A DNA stretch of 64,000 nucleotides from Orbicella franksi. Lineage: Eukaryota. Location of the stretch: positions 29,636,001 to 29,700,000 of the forward strand of contig OZ116699.1 in the NCBI GenBank assembly GCA_964199315.1. Direction: 5' to 3'. Positions 13,106-25,341 of the stretch are shown piece after piece; position 1 is the stretch's first letter; each line of letters opens with the position of its first letter. The position numbers and the translations under genes are program-made. The notes under the pieces are model-generated. The model was not told the origin of the DNA and searched no databases. It saw only the letters and a program-made list of their open reading frames with translations.

Positions 13106-16100
13106 CCTTTACTTAGTAATGATTAAAATTAAGGCTCAGTACATAATGGGGTCGTGTAAAAACATAATAAATTCAAAATTAAATTAAACTTTGTACAAAG
13201 TATATTCATGATAGATCTATACAAATCATCTAAAATTTGTCAAAAAAATTAAAGTGAGAGTGGATTAATTAAAAACTATCAAACCTCATAAAAATTCAAG
13301 AGCAAGAAGGATAACTTCAAATTTAGTAGGTACGTTAAACCAAGTTTTGAGTTCAGTCCCCTTAACCCTCTCAGCCCTAAATTGCCAGGGTTTTTTCCAA
13401 TTTAATTAATAGACCTCCTATACTCATGTATGATATACCATTTGAAAGCTATTGATCAGTGTATTCCAAAAATCACATCAACAGCCACTAAGAAAGTGGT
13501 AGCTTTGACAAATGATGGTTTGAAAGGATAGAACGAAAAAGTTAAAAAAAAAGTCAAAATCTTTATTGATACATATTAGGTATTCAAAACACAAAATTTT
13601 CCATTTAAATCTAGTTTCATAGGTGACTAAACAGTTTTTCAATATCAGTAACATAATTTTCTCATGCCTCAGAAGGTTGATGGAGAGGGATTTTCCTCAC
13701 AAATATCAACTTTGAAAACTGTTCCCTCATATCAGAAATTGAATTGCTGCACATGCACAGAAGGGTGTCAAATGTCCTTTAAAATTAAAATAGCATAAAT
13801 TTAAAATGGATCTGGCTTTTCCATGATGATATGTTTCAAAGGCTTTGTGGCTTGACAGTGATATGCACTGTAGAACAATCCCATACTAGCCACGGAATAC
13901 TGTGGTTTTATTATTTATAAAAGCTAGCATCAGTACCTCATCATGAAGAATAAGTAATTCCTTTGAAAGCATATAAGTGAGTAATCCTCCAGCAAGAAGT
14001 TTATGGCCTATAAAATAAATGACTAAAGTAAGGGTTTTCTTCAAGGCTTGGTTGCTGGTTTGCTGACCAAGGCCTTCTCTATCATTTAGACCTCTCTTCT
14101 ACATGTAGTGACAACCCATAACCCATCTTCGGAGACTCAGGGGCAGATAGTGGGGTCAGGAGAAGTGCAACAAGAAAAAGTGGTGCAAAAGATAGTTTAC
14201 AAAAACAACTTGTTTATTCTTCTAAACTTCTGTTTGCAAGTTTTGGTCCATTTGAATTCCTCCTGACTTGACTATCTGCCCCTGGGTTTCCAAGGATGGC
14301 TATAAACAAAGCAATGAGGGGCTTAGGAACAGCTATAAAATAAAGTAAGGTCCACCAATTTTGAGAGACTATACGAAGTTTAAAACATTTGAAGTTTGCA
14401 AGTGTTTAGATGAAAATAGTTGAATGAACAAAAAATTTAATACATGAACAAACCTGGTGTTACAGGTGAATAACTTTCTACTCAATCCCCATGAATTCTT
14501 TTCACTTATTGATTTTTCTGTCATACACTTGCTTTTATCCAAATAGAGTATTTGCTAAGAAAAATTAATAAATTATCTAGTGCCCAATAATAATTATAAC
14601 AATGTTGTGGACATCTTGCAGTTTTTAGCTGATATATTTTCTTTAATTCAGCATCATCCTACTCAAGGTCAGTGGTGTTAAGTATTCACCTGTTTCTCCA
14701 GTTTTCTCTTTCAACATGCTGCTGACATCTCTAAAGAACTGACCAAACTCAGGAGTTTCTTCTACAAAATAAAGAGTTGCAATAAAAAAAGAAAACTATG
14801 ACCACAAACTCATCTAGCTTTACAGTACCAGTCAGAAAAAACCTAATAGGGAACGCTTGCCAGAATGTGTTGTGTCACCGCTCCGCACGCATTCCTGTTC
14901 CTGTTCTGTATCCATTCGGTATCTGTTCTGTATCCGTTCTGTACCTGTTCCGTTCACATTCTCACACCTGTTCTGTATCCGTTCTATACCCATTCGCAAA
15001 TACGTTCCCTGTTAGGTTTCTTCTGATTGGTACTGTATATTTCCGAAGTGCAAAGAGAAAATGCAAGAAAGGGCGAGAGAAAAGTTGTCACTGCCCAAAA
15101 AACATGTACAAATACTACAAATACAACATGAAGCTCAAAATGAGATCAAATTCAATTCAATATTAGGCTTTTTTCCTGAAATTTGCTTGCTACTCCCTTG
15201 AAACAAAACATGTAGTAACCCATGTTTGACATAAAACCACATACAATTTAAATAATCATAAAAAATTCTGCCATTAAATAGACCATGTTTGTGCAACCTG
15301 CAAAGAGAAGTATATGGTGGTCCCTTGCACAGCAATAATTTGAATGGTGAAAAATATCAATAGCTGTATCTCAGGTGACCTGGTATATTAGACTAATTAA
15401 TGAATTTTGTTACCTTCCTTTGGTGTAACCTGACACATCAGTCTTGTGGTGGCTGGAACACTGTTGATAAATAGTTTCAAAGAACAAATTCATTTTTTTT
15501 TGGTGTACGGCATACCACAGTTACAGGAAGATCAGTGGTGAATAATAAAGCCAACAGAATGTTCATGTCCTGGACCTAGATTGCATGGGTTAATAATTCC
15601 TCTTGGGAATTTTATGTTCTAAAAACTGCACATAATTCTTGGGTTGATATTTGGCTTTTAGAGCATAAAACCTCTGTGCACTCATGGGCCCTTGACAGAA
15701 AAACTCTATTGTTTATTTATGACCCTTGCAGCATACACACGTCTACTGTATACTCATATGTGCATATATGTATAGGCGTATACGCGTTTTCAGCTGATGC
15801 GAATTATGCATGTATGTTGGTTTGCTTATATCTGGGCTGCACTGTACTAATCCATTTTCTCTACATAACTTAAACAATCCACTGACCTTGGTTTTGCAAG
15901 TGCCAAGAGCCTTGATGCACCACCTACAGAGTAAAACCTCATCTCAATCGTTTGTTCAAGGTACACAATTGAGCTCGTTTTGTTTGAGAAACTGTTTTTT
16001 ACACAAATAAATTCTGATGTCGAGATACATGTATAAGCTTATGTATAACTTTGAAAAGATGCAGAAGTGGAACTCTCTCTGATGTCAATATGCTCATTTG

Positions 16101-16381
16101 CTCGTTCTACGTTGCTACAGCTCTATTCAGAACTATGGAGCACATAAGAAGTTGAAGTTAAAGCTAATTTAACTCATGATATAGAAGCTGCTCACTAATT
16201 AAGCTTTGCTGTTTCAACACAAGCTGGCAAGCTTACTTTCAAGAGGATGATCAACAAGAAAAATAAGAGGAAAATAATCCTGATCGAACGCAAAAGCCTA
16301 AATTCGTAGGAACACTGTTCATTTTTCTTACTAGAGTAAGGACTTACCGATTCTGCTAACCAAACGTAACCGAGAAATCAT
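10549..16381 (-). CDS. ATP5PB: Mitochondrial ATP synthase peripheral stalk subunit b (238 aa), 10 exons
   Basis: Exons (minus) 16381-16348, 15923-15887, 15460-15414, 14761-14690, 14007-13937, 12992-12900, 12537-12412, 12025-11948, 11562-11461, 10605-10549 join in frame (717 nt, all GT-AG). Basic N-terminal presequence, then KEKTGETG, LSKE, ENNAMSLEVEYRNRL, EQDHIIDWVEQEVVKSI and EKDSVSQCIKDLK match the family. Confidence 0.95.
10615..10653. repeat. (TAGA)n/(TAAA)n microsatellite
   Basis: Direct reading; lies in the last intron of ATP5PB next to the acceptor. Confidence 0.9.
11126..11221. repeat. 43-bp direct duplication
   Basis: ttaaaacaaatg(c/t)agtcagctttttagcttccaaagttacacc occurs twice. 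Confidence 0.85.
13055..13104. repeat. (CAGA)n microsatellite
   Basis: Direct reading. Confidence 0.92.
14823..15035. mobile_element. Tc1/mariner-type MITE (213 bp) in an ATP5PB intron
   Basis: TA|cagtaccagtcagaaaaaacctaatagggaacg ... cgttccctgttaggtttcttctgattggtactg|TA: 33-bp TIRs with 3 mismatches and a TA duplication. Internal ctgttctgtatccgttc repeats. Confidence 0.85.
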
Positions 16382-19183
16382 GGTCGTACGATATTTCTGC
16401 CTTCCAATATGGCCGACCCCGGCAATCGTGAGGCTGCAAAGCATACTGGGAGACTATTTTAGTTACCAGACCATACTGTTTAAAGTAGGTCTGCAGCGCG
16501 TACTTCTTAATCAAATCAAGCGAAACTCCTTTTTGGTGGGCTAATTTTCGAGAGGTCTGCTTAGCATCGGAAGGAATTTTGAGCTCCAAAAATATTTGGA
16601 CTTGCATATATGTGGAAGATATGAAAAAAATCCAAGTTTTGTGAATAGATTTTGCTTGTTAAATCCTTTTATGCTAAAGGGAACAAGTTTATTAGTCATA
16701 GCGAAGTGTGATATAACTTTGCATAAGTGGTACATACAATAAGAAGACGTTATCTCTTTTTTTTAAGAGCTGGACCTAAATATAAGCCCATGAATTTATT
16801 TTCGGAACGACTTATTAATGGAATTTTGCAGGGCATACCTTACTATTCATTTTAGTTATAAGGGTCACTGCATATTTCAACGCAGTATTTTGCCGAGCCG
16901 GACAACTACTTATGTTTTCTTTTTGTTTGTTTGTTTGTTGTTTTTTTTAAATAATAATCGTAACTTTTCTCGTTAAATGGTTGTTTTGATTACGCCGGAG
17001 TTGTTTTGTTGACGGCCATTTCGCTAATGTTTCACATGGGTGTGATCGGGTTCATGGCGAGATATATGGTGCAACACATTGAGATAATGCGATCAATAGA
17101 TTTAGAACAATTTCAGCAATATTCCCTTCAGAATGTATATCCCACGGAGACATCACGTTGTTTTAATAACGACACGTCGTATAAGTATAATGGAATTATA
17201 CGGGGTGGATACGGATAGGTAAATGAATATAACAAAGAAAACCGTGTAATCCTCAATAATTTTACTGTGGTAGTGGCTAACTCGAAAACCTTTGCTCCTT
17301 TGGCCACTTCACACTTTTCTCTTATTTGAAGTAATTTTCTATTTCTTTTATTCTGATGTTTTGGTTAATTAAGTAAAATTTATTAAACTAAAATAAGTGT
17401 AAATAAATTGATGTCAATTGAATTGGAGTTTCTATAACCGAGTCTGGTTGAAAATATGCGTAAATTATTTAAAACAGAAGAAACTAAAAAAGAAAAAAAG
17501 AGAGGTTCGTAATCTCCTGACATATTGTAAATATATTCACGTTGGGTCAAACACTATGACAGTTTTCCCTGCAACAGCTATTTAGCGGCATGGTGGTACA
17601 TTGAGAGAATTTATCAAAAACCAAGTTAATGGTGGCTACCCGTTGAGACTTGATTTCTCTTATGGTTCAAACAGCTTCAAACAGAACACCCCTGGGATTT
17701 TTTGCTATTTTCGTTCGCTTAGAAAATTAAACCTTCCATTGAATTTTATTGAAGCGATGTTAAACTGTGGATTAGCCGTTATTGTAAGGCTAATTACTTT
17801 TGTGAAACCAAGCGTGGTAGTAAAACTTTTATGTTACCGCTTAGCAACGAATCGAGTATCAGTTCGGAATAGAGCGTCCACTAATCATCAGCTTTGAATA
17901 GGAAGTTGGTCCTCCGATATTCATGCCAGCTGTGTCCAAACTACGTAAACGTCGAGGACTCAACAAGAAGAAAATGTATATAAGATAGGTAAGGTTCCAA
18001 AGCTTTTTTAAACGCTGATAGGTTTCATCGTGTAATTAAGAGATTAAACCGAAAAGCACAAGAGTGAAATAGATAATCCAAGACGGGTAATCACGTACTT
18101 TGTCTGGGTTTAGTTAGCTCAGCGGCTGGGATAGTCTGCGTATTTCACGGCATCCAACGGTTTAAATACCGTAGAAACGTGAAAGGAAGTTTCTTAAAGT
18201 TAGTTGACTATGTGGCGCGAATTAATTAGAGTAAACAATCTCATTCGTTTGATTGTTTGGAATTAGTTGAGAACGAATTCGAGCTGAAGAACAACTCTTA
18301 TAAGATACTTGCCAATAGTACTTAGTGAATCTGCCTTTTCTAGCTGATCCTATACCTTGTTAGTGCTTTTTAACACGACTAACTGCTGCACGAATATATA
18401 TATATTAGCAATTAAAGAAAATTAATTACGTCTTTAAAGTATTTCAAGTTGGCGACATCAACTTATTTTACAAACGGGAAAACTTGACATGTACATTGTG
18501 TGTTCACCTGAGCCAAGCCTGGGCATGAAAACAAGCCGTTTTAGACCGGTCCTACCCAGCACTGCCCAGAGGTAGTGGGAACTATCGACTGACTTTACTA
18601 TGGCACAAATATTTTCCATTGTCAAGCTCTCTTTTTTATGGTCCGAGATTCGGTACGAAAAAAGGCCAAGGGCCCGGCAATATTCCTTAGTACGGTCCCC
18701 AGCATGCTTGATATATGACTGACACCAGCCGAAAACTTCAATCGCGCAATTCTGACGTGACGTTTTCAAAAAACAAGAAGGAGAATAAACTTAAAGGAAA
18801 AAGACAAAGAACCAATCAAGTGTAAGTTAAATCTTTTAGTAAAGCACTGTAAGTAACAAAGCGCTGAGAATTCGTTTAACAGAGGTAGCGCACTCCCTGT
18901 CGAATACTTGGAAAATATTAGGCCGGCAATAGAGAAATCTGAGTGGTAGATTTTAGCTATTTTCCCTCTGAACTAACTTAATTGTGTAATAATAACTTAT
19001 ATCAGCAACAATCTCGACAGCGAAACACAATTTTCTTCAACCCTTACCACCCACCTTAGGTGGGAGACCTATAGAATATTTGCTTTGTTTTACTGATATA
19101 GTGTTTTCTCATGTCATGTCTTTTACTTTTATTCGCCTGACAATAGCACCGAAATTTATGACGTGGGCTGCAATTTTCCCAAA

Positions 19184-20260
19184 ATGAAATCAGAGAAGCA
19201 TAACTCAAAGAAATACCTCCCTGGAATAACGACGAGGAAACCTCAACTTCGAAGCAACAGCTGGGCAAAACTGCTCAGTCAGAACAGATCAAGAAAAGCT
19301 GGCGAACATGACAGGGAAGTCTCTGGACTGGACGTGAGTTGTACAGCTGTTCTGTTCAATACAAAAGTTGCAAGGAAAACATGTCAAAACCCATTTGAAA
19401 ACTTGGCAAACTACATCAATGAGCGAGACAAAGAAACAATAAACACGGTGGACGAAATGCCACAGACTGAAGAGGACGAAATAAGCGAGAGGTCGTTTGA
19501 TAATGATGGAGAGGATAGCAGCGACACTGCCTCGCGTTCCCTTGATGATGCACTGACAAAGGTTTCAAGAGCCAAGCTCGACAATGAAAGAATTGAACTC
19601 GATCATCTGCCTCCCTTGGCCCATACTGCAACAGCCAAACCTGGAAAAGTACCAAAAGAGACATGTTACACTCGTGTAGATTCCAAAGGTCGTAACGATT
19701 CTCCTCAGCCAAGCAACACTGCCAGGGATATTGATTGGCAGAACATTTTCGTCAACGGAGGATTTCGACCGCACGAATCACGTGATTTGCCAACAAGAGG
19801 CGAGTTAATCTTACTGAAATACAAAACATGGGATCCTGACGATCCTGTTTACTGTGTCAGAAAGTGCGCCAAGTATTTCGGTCTTGACAGCCCGGAAATA
19901 GACAAAGGACACTTAACTCCAACAGGGAAGGAGCCACGAAAACGTTACACCAGTCCGCTCTCTCCCAACTTTAAGTTTTATTCAAGTCATCCCAAAGCCT
20001 TTGCACCTTTGGGGAGCTCTCCGGTGTCACTAACGTATCTTGCGAGTCCAGCTAAACGGTCTAATTTATGCAATTCCTGTGTTGTCCCTCCGGTAACGCC
20101 TGCGTCATCCATGGCCAGATCTTCACCTTTTGGTTTGAGTCCGCTGCCTTGTAAGGACAGAAGAAAAAACACCCTGGGAGAGCTGACCGAGATGTCAAGT
20201 GATGGACGGAACACCGACGAGGGTATTACGTCACCCACTGAGAGTGAACTGGAATTGTGA
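19184..20260 (+). CDS. Uncharacterised intronless protein (358 aa), largely low-complexity, S/T-P-rich C-terminus
   Basis: 1077-nt uninterrupted ORF from ATG (aaaATGa) in AT-rich surroundings, with a candidate 5' UTR acceptor ccttag| at 19058. No family recognised. Confidence 0.7.
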   Translation: MKSEKHNSKKYLPGITTRKPQLRSNSWAKLLSQNRSRKAGEHDREVSGLDVSCTAVLFNTKVARKTCQNPFENLANYINERDKETINTVDEMPQTEEDEISERSFDNDGEDSSDTASRSLDDALTKVSRAKLDNERIELDHLPPLAHTATAKPGKVPKETCYTRVDSKGRNDSPQPSNTARDIDWQNIFVNGGFRPHESRDLPTRGELILLKYKTWDPDDPVYCVRKCAKYFGLDSPEIDKGHLTPTGKEPRKRYTSPLSPNFKFYSSHPKAFAPLGSSPVSLTYLASPAKRSNLCNSCVVPPVTPASSMARSSPFGLSPLPCKDRRKNTLGELTEMSSDGRNTDEGITSPTESELEL

Positions 20261-20661
20261 ACTGCTATTCACTTTATTGCGTCAAACTATATGATGACTT
20301 TTCTATACAATGCATTTATTTAGATACAAATATTCCACACACAAACTGATTACAAACGCTTACATCTTGCTTCCTTTTGCCTATAATATTCCTCTTACAT
20401 TTACGTTGTTTCATACTTAATAATTTGCATTTCACTATATTATTTCACAATCAGTATTTCAGTATAATTAATTAAGTTATACTTCACTTATATTCGGTAC
20501 ATATCTGTATATATGTGTTATTCCTCCATCATATCAAATCACATGAGCATCTACATCATTTCTTCATATATTTTTGTTACATTTCTTTTTTTTTTTAATT
20601 ACATTTTTTACAATTGTACATTAATACCCTAACCTTACACTACTTAAAGTTTGCATGGACT

Positions 20662-20839
20662 ATAGACCCTATTCAAAAATGGCTGCCAATATAAAATTCC
20701 TTTGTATGCATTTAATTAAAAAATCAGCCCAACTAACCTCGTTTGAGAGTAAAAATTCTTTCGAATTATCAACTCAAAAACGAGGTTTGATACTGACAAA
20801 AGAACTTTTAATTGGCAGCCATTTATGAATAGGGTCTAT
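20662..20839. mobile_element. MITE (178 bp) with 29-bp TIRs
   Basis: atagaccctattcaaaaatggctgccaat / attggcagccatttatgaatagggtctat, 1 mismatch. Confidence 0.8.
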
Positions 20840-22240
20840 GGACATGGACGCAATTTACAGCTGATACTCACACGGTAGTCTCGACAAAAGAAGGAATAAA
20901 TTTTAAGTTTATTTACTCAACTCGGTGTACTCCGTGTGTTTTTCACAACGATTTACTTTAGACACTGCTCAACTTTCGAGGCAGTTATAGCATTTTTAAA
21001 TATAAGAAACCCCGAAGTGGCGTCTTCTGCAAAACCATATCTTGGTCATCAGAGCAGTTAACGGACAGCTTCTTCTTCCTCTAAGTTTGCATTAAGGCTT
21101 AATACTAGATTTGAGGAAAGGTTATGTATTGATACGATTTTTAACTTAAAATTAGTTTCTCAATTTAAAGTTCTGCCTGAAAAATGAGACCTTAAGTGTC
21201 GTAAGAATGAGAGAACGCATGTGATTGAAAACTCTCACGACGAAAATTACACTAAAGGTTGAAAAAATTATTTTAAGAGTCGAATAGTGAGGCTACTATA
21301 GGCGTTTTGAATACTTTCTTCGGTGTAGGAAATAAGGTCGAAGAAAATGCCAAGCCCAAACATCTGTGATAATGTCGTTATTTGACTTTTAAGAACTTAC
21401 ACTAAGTCCTTCGGCTTATTTAAAGAGAAACCAGACAAGGCAAGACAAGTTTGAAAACATGCACTTCGTGGCACAAGGTCTGTGGCCTGTTTATGGTGCT
21501 GACATCACACATAAAGGGATTCCTTCCTGGACTGTAGTGAGCAAAGAAATGAACTCCTTGGCTTTTAGCCTTGCCCAACTCGACTTGACTCCTCTCCACT
21601 CCTTTTTGAGTCAGTCTCTACAGCAGTTCCAAGTTTTCGTTCAATTGTGGTCAAAATTAGGCAAGATGGCAACAGCTCACTTTCCTCCTTCTAGGTTTTT
21701 AAAAGAGTTTTCTCTCTGAGGATAGAGTCCTCTTGGATCACACTGAAAGGAAACACTGTGCAGCGGGTTGTTCTCCCTTGAAATCCAGTTATTGCACGAT
21801 GGTGTTTTCTACCACTATGCAACAACGGGGTGAGATTCTTTTCGTACTCGTTTATAGCCTCGTCAACTATGGATCATAATTTCTTGATCCAACCGATCAT
21901 GAAAACCATTTTTCATTTTCATCTTCATTCAGATTTCAAGTGCGTGATGGGTTCTTTCACACACTGTACACCACACTGACTGTTTAAGGTATCATGGTTG
22001 GCCAGGTACAATACGATCCATGTTCTCAGCTTCCCTGGTGCCTAGCAGTGGACAAACCCGGATGGACAACGCTACAATTAGTATGTAGGATTCAAGGGTT
22101 CCATATTTGGCCTTTCCCACATCTCCATGTGGAACAGACAATAATTCTTTATTTAGGATAATGTTTGTGGTCATTACTTTTGCTATGTCGTGTACTTTAG
22201 CTCACAGTGACAGAACTTGCATGCACTTGGATGAAGAAGT

Positions 22241-25200
22241 CTAGCGGAAGTACAGCTCCCAGGTATCTCCCTCACTCAGCCTGTCACCTTGATCGTCACA
22301 CCAATATCTCCACGGCGGACTTAACGCGAATGCTTTCCTTTATTAACCCACACTGACACATTACGGTAAATCCTCATTCTCCCTTGGTCGTTAAAATATC
22401 CCCACTGATTTATTTGTGCATCCGTACCGTTGTAGCCCCACTTTTGGCAGTTTTGCGAGAGGGTCGAGTTGTCATCCGGGAGCCTGGCAAATGACCCACA
22501 AGCCTCTGCAGGCTGTCGTTTATGTTTGAGAAAATAATTAAGAACTTTGTGGCCGGCGGAGTTGTTCTTCGTCATCACGTGGAAAACGTTTCCCTGCGTT
22601 GTCTTGAAGCAATACCAGCGGAGCTGATTGAAGTTGATTGTTTGTCGTAGCGTCCTGATCGCAGGTGTTGTTACGAACAGGAAATTCTCCAGAAAAAAAA
22701 TGTTTCCTGTAAATATGAAATTTACAATTTCAGGTCAGTTTCTTTAGTCTTTGACGCACATATTGCCCAGATTATCCTCAAGCTAAATAATAAAAGATGA
22801 GTAACGTAACAAAAGCTAAGTTCAGGGTGGGATCAGCGTGGTTCACATCCCCTTTCAGGATAACACATTTTATTTTTAGTTTGTTTTACCTCAACGTACA
22901 CCCACTTACTTTCATCTGTTGTCATGTCACAGTATACCGAGAATCGTTTGGAAGCTATTGGTTCAATCCAGTGTCGCCCATCCGTCAGCCGGTGATTTAC
23001 TCTCTCCCCGATGTCCTTGCAAGAAATTCCCGGATTGGCAAAACTACCCAGTGGAGCTAAATATAAAATTTCAAACAAAAAAATATTATCCCAAAACTCG
23101 ATGCTATTTTTCTTTTTCTTTTTCAAAATTTCTCTGAAATAGCATTCAAATGATCTCTAAATCTGTTACAGATAAAGTTTTTTTCGGTCATTTTGTTAAC
23201 ATGCTAAAATTCGAAAAGGTAGCTAGGTATCCGAGACATCCAAAGTTTTTTATTGAAGGGTAAAAATTAACCTGCCTTTTTCGTGGCAGTGTTCTCCTTC
23301 GTAACCCACAGGGCAATCACAGGTGTAAAGCTGACCGCTTTGGACACATGTACCACCATTTCTGCATGGAAAAAGGGAACACAGATTCTGTTGATCGGAT
23401 CAGACATTAGTAAATTCATGACTCACACAATCAGAGCCATACAATTTTGGCCTAAGACGCCACCTTTCGGTGCTAACATGTTTAATCTCGAGAACGTCTC
23501 AAGCGGGATAACTCCGAATCTTAGATCTTGCTCATGTTCGTTCAATATCAATGTAACACTGTATGGGAACGTATGCTTATGTAAGGACTTGCGTAGTTCG
23601 CATTAAGCGGCCAGAGGCGTCGCTTGATTTGGCCAGAGAATGAGTTTTCTTCCACCCAGCAAACAAAGTAGCGACCACCTTGTTTCTAAAGTTTACTTTC
23701 ATTCTAAGGTTTCTTGACCAAACAAAAGAACGCAAGCAATAAAAAAAAACACAAAGATCAGTTTTGGAGAATCAAATTGAATATGAATAACAGCATTGTA
23801 TAGAAAAACTTAAATTAATGATAATTTCGCAACGTCTACAAACTGGCTCAACTACAACAAGGTAAAATCGAGAATGAAAGGTGCACCTTTTTCCAAAAAC
23901 GAATACTTAGCTTGTTTTCACGTTTCAGAACAGATATTGCCTAGGGAACGTATTAAAGGGGCGTCCTTTGACACATGGCCAAACAAAAGAATTAGTTATA
24001 TTGGTGCCAAGGCTTAATTGAAGGTGTTCCGGCACTTCACAAGAGGTGTAAGGTACAAATATTCATATTCATATTATCTATCAGCGAGATCAATTGGTAG
24101 AACGTCAATGTGGATTGCCATGATTGAAACAGCTACAAAGAAACAGGCAAAAACAGTGCAAAAGAGAAAGATAAGTCTAAATTCCAGGAAAAGGTAGCGT
24201 CACTATATTTTTGCGTCAAAGAGGTCAAAACCACATGGGTAGTATTCAATTAACAATAAAAATATGCCCCTGGCATTACTAGTTATTGTCTAGAAACCAA
24301 TAGGCAAAATAGTAAACATTGCAAAACATATTCAGTTATATCCAGTTCCAGTTAATACTAAATTTCAGCTTATACTGTTCAGTTTTGAAGTCACACCCAA
24401 ATTAACTTTAAACTCTATTTAGCGTTTTTTTTTTTGTAGTAGGTACAATTCCATGTAACACCTCTATTGTAGAAATTCACTGCAATAAATTAACTTATTA
24501 ATAAGGTTTTATCTCTTAAAAGTTCATTCTTCGATGGTTTAAAGAGTTTCCTTGTAAAGGTGTTTTTGATTCACGAAATTTCTATTTGGTTAAAGCTAAA
24601 CCAATAACCAAAAGCCTACTTTTATAGGAAAGATCATTTGGTTTGAAGATCGCTGTTAACTCATTTTCCAGCTTAAACTAGATGAAAGCACGTCTGGGCT
24701 AAAACCGCTGGGATACCGCCAAAAAGATCCAACAAGGGTGGTTAAATTCACTGTTTAATTCACTGTTTGTGCCTCTCCGCGGTCAGGAATTAGAAAGCAA
24801 ACTAAAAACAATGAATAATACTGGACAGTTTATGAAACCGAACCGAGATGATAACCGGCTCACAATAAGAATACACATATTCTTCCACAGCTGATGTGAA
24901 CCTGAACTTTATTCCACTATCCGCCAGGCTAGTGTTAACTGAAAACGAAGTCACACTAAAAATTGTAAAGATACTCACAAAAATGCTCCAGTGATGAAAA
25001 TTGTTGCTTTCTTCAAGCTGCTGCTTGGCAGTAATCGTTGTTGCAGGCAGAATCTCGCAGAGAAAATTTCCTCCTCCTTTATTTGGTTTCTCAGCAATGT
25101 TAAAAGACAAGCAGGTTTGGTGTTGTGTACACCGTAGAGCACATTCCGTTGAAAAAGCGACCAGAAACGAATTGATTCCTTTAACATTGAGAACATAATT

Positions 25201-25341
25201 TCTATGCTGGACGAAGTAAAACGCAGCGAAGTTGTGTCGCAAATTAGTGATGTTTTCAACGTCTGTTGGCAAAGCGAATCCCCTGAATATTATGTAAAAG
25301 TATAAAAATTTCATACCAACGAAAACTGGTTCAATATTCAT
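22241..25341 (-). pseudogene. PAN/apple-EGF-fibrinogen-like protein, frameshifted paralogue (pseudogene or sequencing error)
   Basis: Exons 25341(or 25314)-24979 (PAN: CALRCTQHQTCLSFN...FHHW), 23387-23276 (EGF: CSLFPCRNGGTC...CPVGYEGEHC, GC donor), 23056-22910 (SCKDI...VYCDMTTD), 22706-22241. A 1-nt deficit at 22334-22336 gives a stop at 22321, but the homologous tail (YWCDD...GDTWELYFR*) continues in another frame to 22241. Confidence 0.75.

Noticed and set aside
13362-13900. piggyBac-like element starting TTAA-CCCTCTCAGCCC
   Set aside because: No matching right terminus or transposase found, so boundaries cannot be supported.
17006-17897. Short ORFs upstream of ATP5PB as a divergent gene
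   Set aside because: Non-ATG starts, no motifs, and no consistent exon chain.
21300-21960. Decayed coding sequence or retroelement fragment
   Set aside because: All frames are broken and I found no RT, integrase or transposase motif.
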